A stretch of 64,000 nucleotides of DNA. Origin: the human T2T-CHM13v2.0 reference genome, Homo sapiens. The stretch lies in the NCBI RefSeq assembly GCF_009914755.1, contig NC_060931.1. The stretch is one strand, 5' to 3'. The translations under genes were made by a program, and so were the position numbers. This document shows positions 63,619 to 64,000 of this stretch, one piece after another (the first letter of the stretch is position 1; every line of letters starts with the position of its first letter). The notes beneath the pieces are model-generated. The model saw only the letters and a list, made by a program, of their open reading frames with translations. It was not told the DNA's origin and did no database searches.

Positions 63619-64000
63619 CCGCATTTTCAATTTTGACATTTTTACATAGGTGCCCACATTTTAACTTCTTCCTTATTAGACACTTAGACACTAGGGTAAA
63701 TGTTTCATTTTTCTTTTTTTTTTTTTTCTTCTGAAACCAGCAAATGGTGAGGCTAGAATGTGGTGGTTCTTAACCCCAGGTATAAACTAGAATCACCTGA
63801 AGAGTCCGTAAAAGTGCCACTTCCCGGGCCCCACCCCAGACCAATTAAATCGGAACATCTAGAGTGGGGCCCAGGCTGGTGAAAGCTTCCCAGGGGGCTC
63901 TAGACTGCAGCTAAGGGCAAGACCCCGCTTTAGCAGAGCTTCCAAGAAGCCTCCTTAGCCCAAGACTGCATTGTTCCCACTCTGCCTCTTCTTATTCATC

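Overview
Repeat-rich primate DNA, human-like: Alu, a hominid SVA and L1PA elements are present, and no credible protein-coding gene was found. The window holds a dispersed tRNA-Cys(GCA) cluster: 6 near-canonical genes, 2 Cys-bodied copies with a GTA (Tyr) anticodon, 1 ACA copy and several decayed relics. From memory this matches the human 7q36.1 tRNA-Cys cluster overlapping the ZNF767P transcript; that assignment is not verified here. An old direct duplication links ~16.0-28.6 kb plus 39.85-40.19 kb to ~57.25-64.0 kb. It is mosaic and carries patches of near-identity consistent with gene conversion. The left copy holds an 11-kb nested insertion just behind a tRNA pseudogene. It consists of a deleted HERV-I-type provirus (LTR10-like, PBS-Ile) with an APOBEC3-like hypermutation pattern, a short young L1 inside the 3' LTR, and a full-length L1PA4-6-like element with an open ORF0. 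The right copy preserves the empty site. Repeat subfamily names are from recall of consensus sequences and were not confirmed by search.
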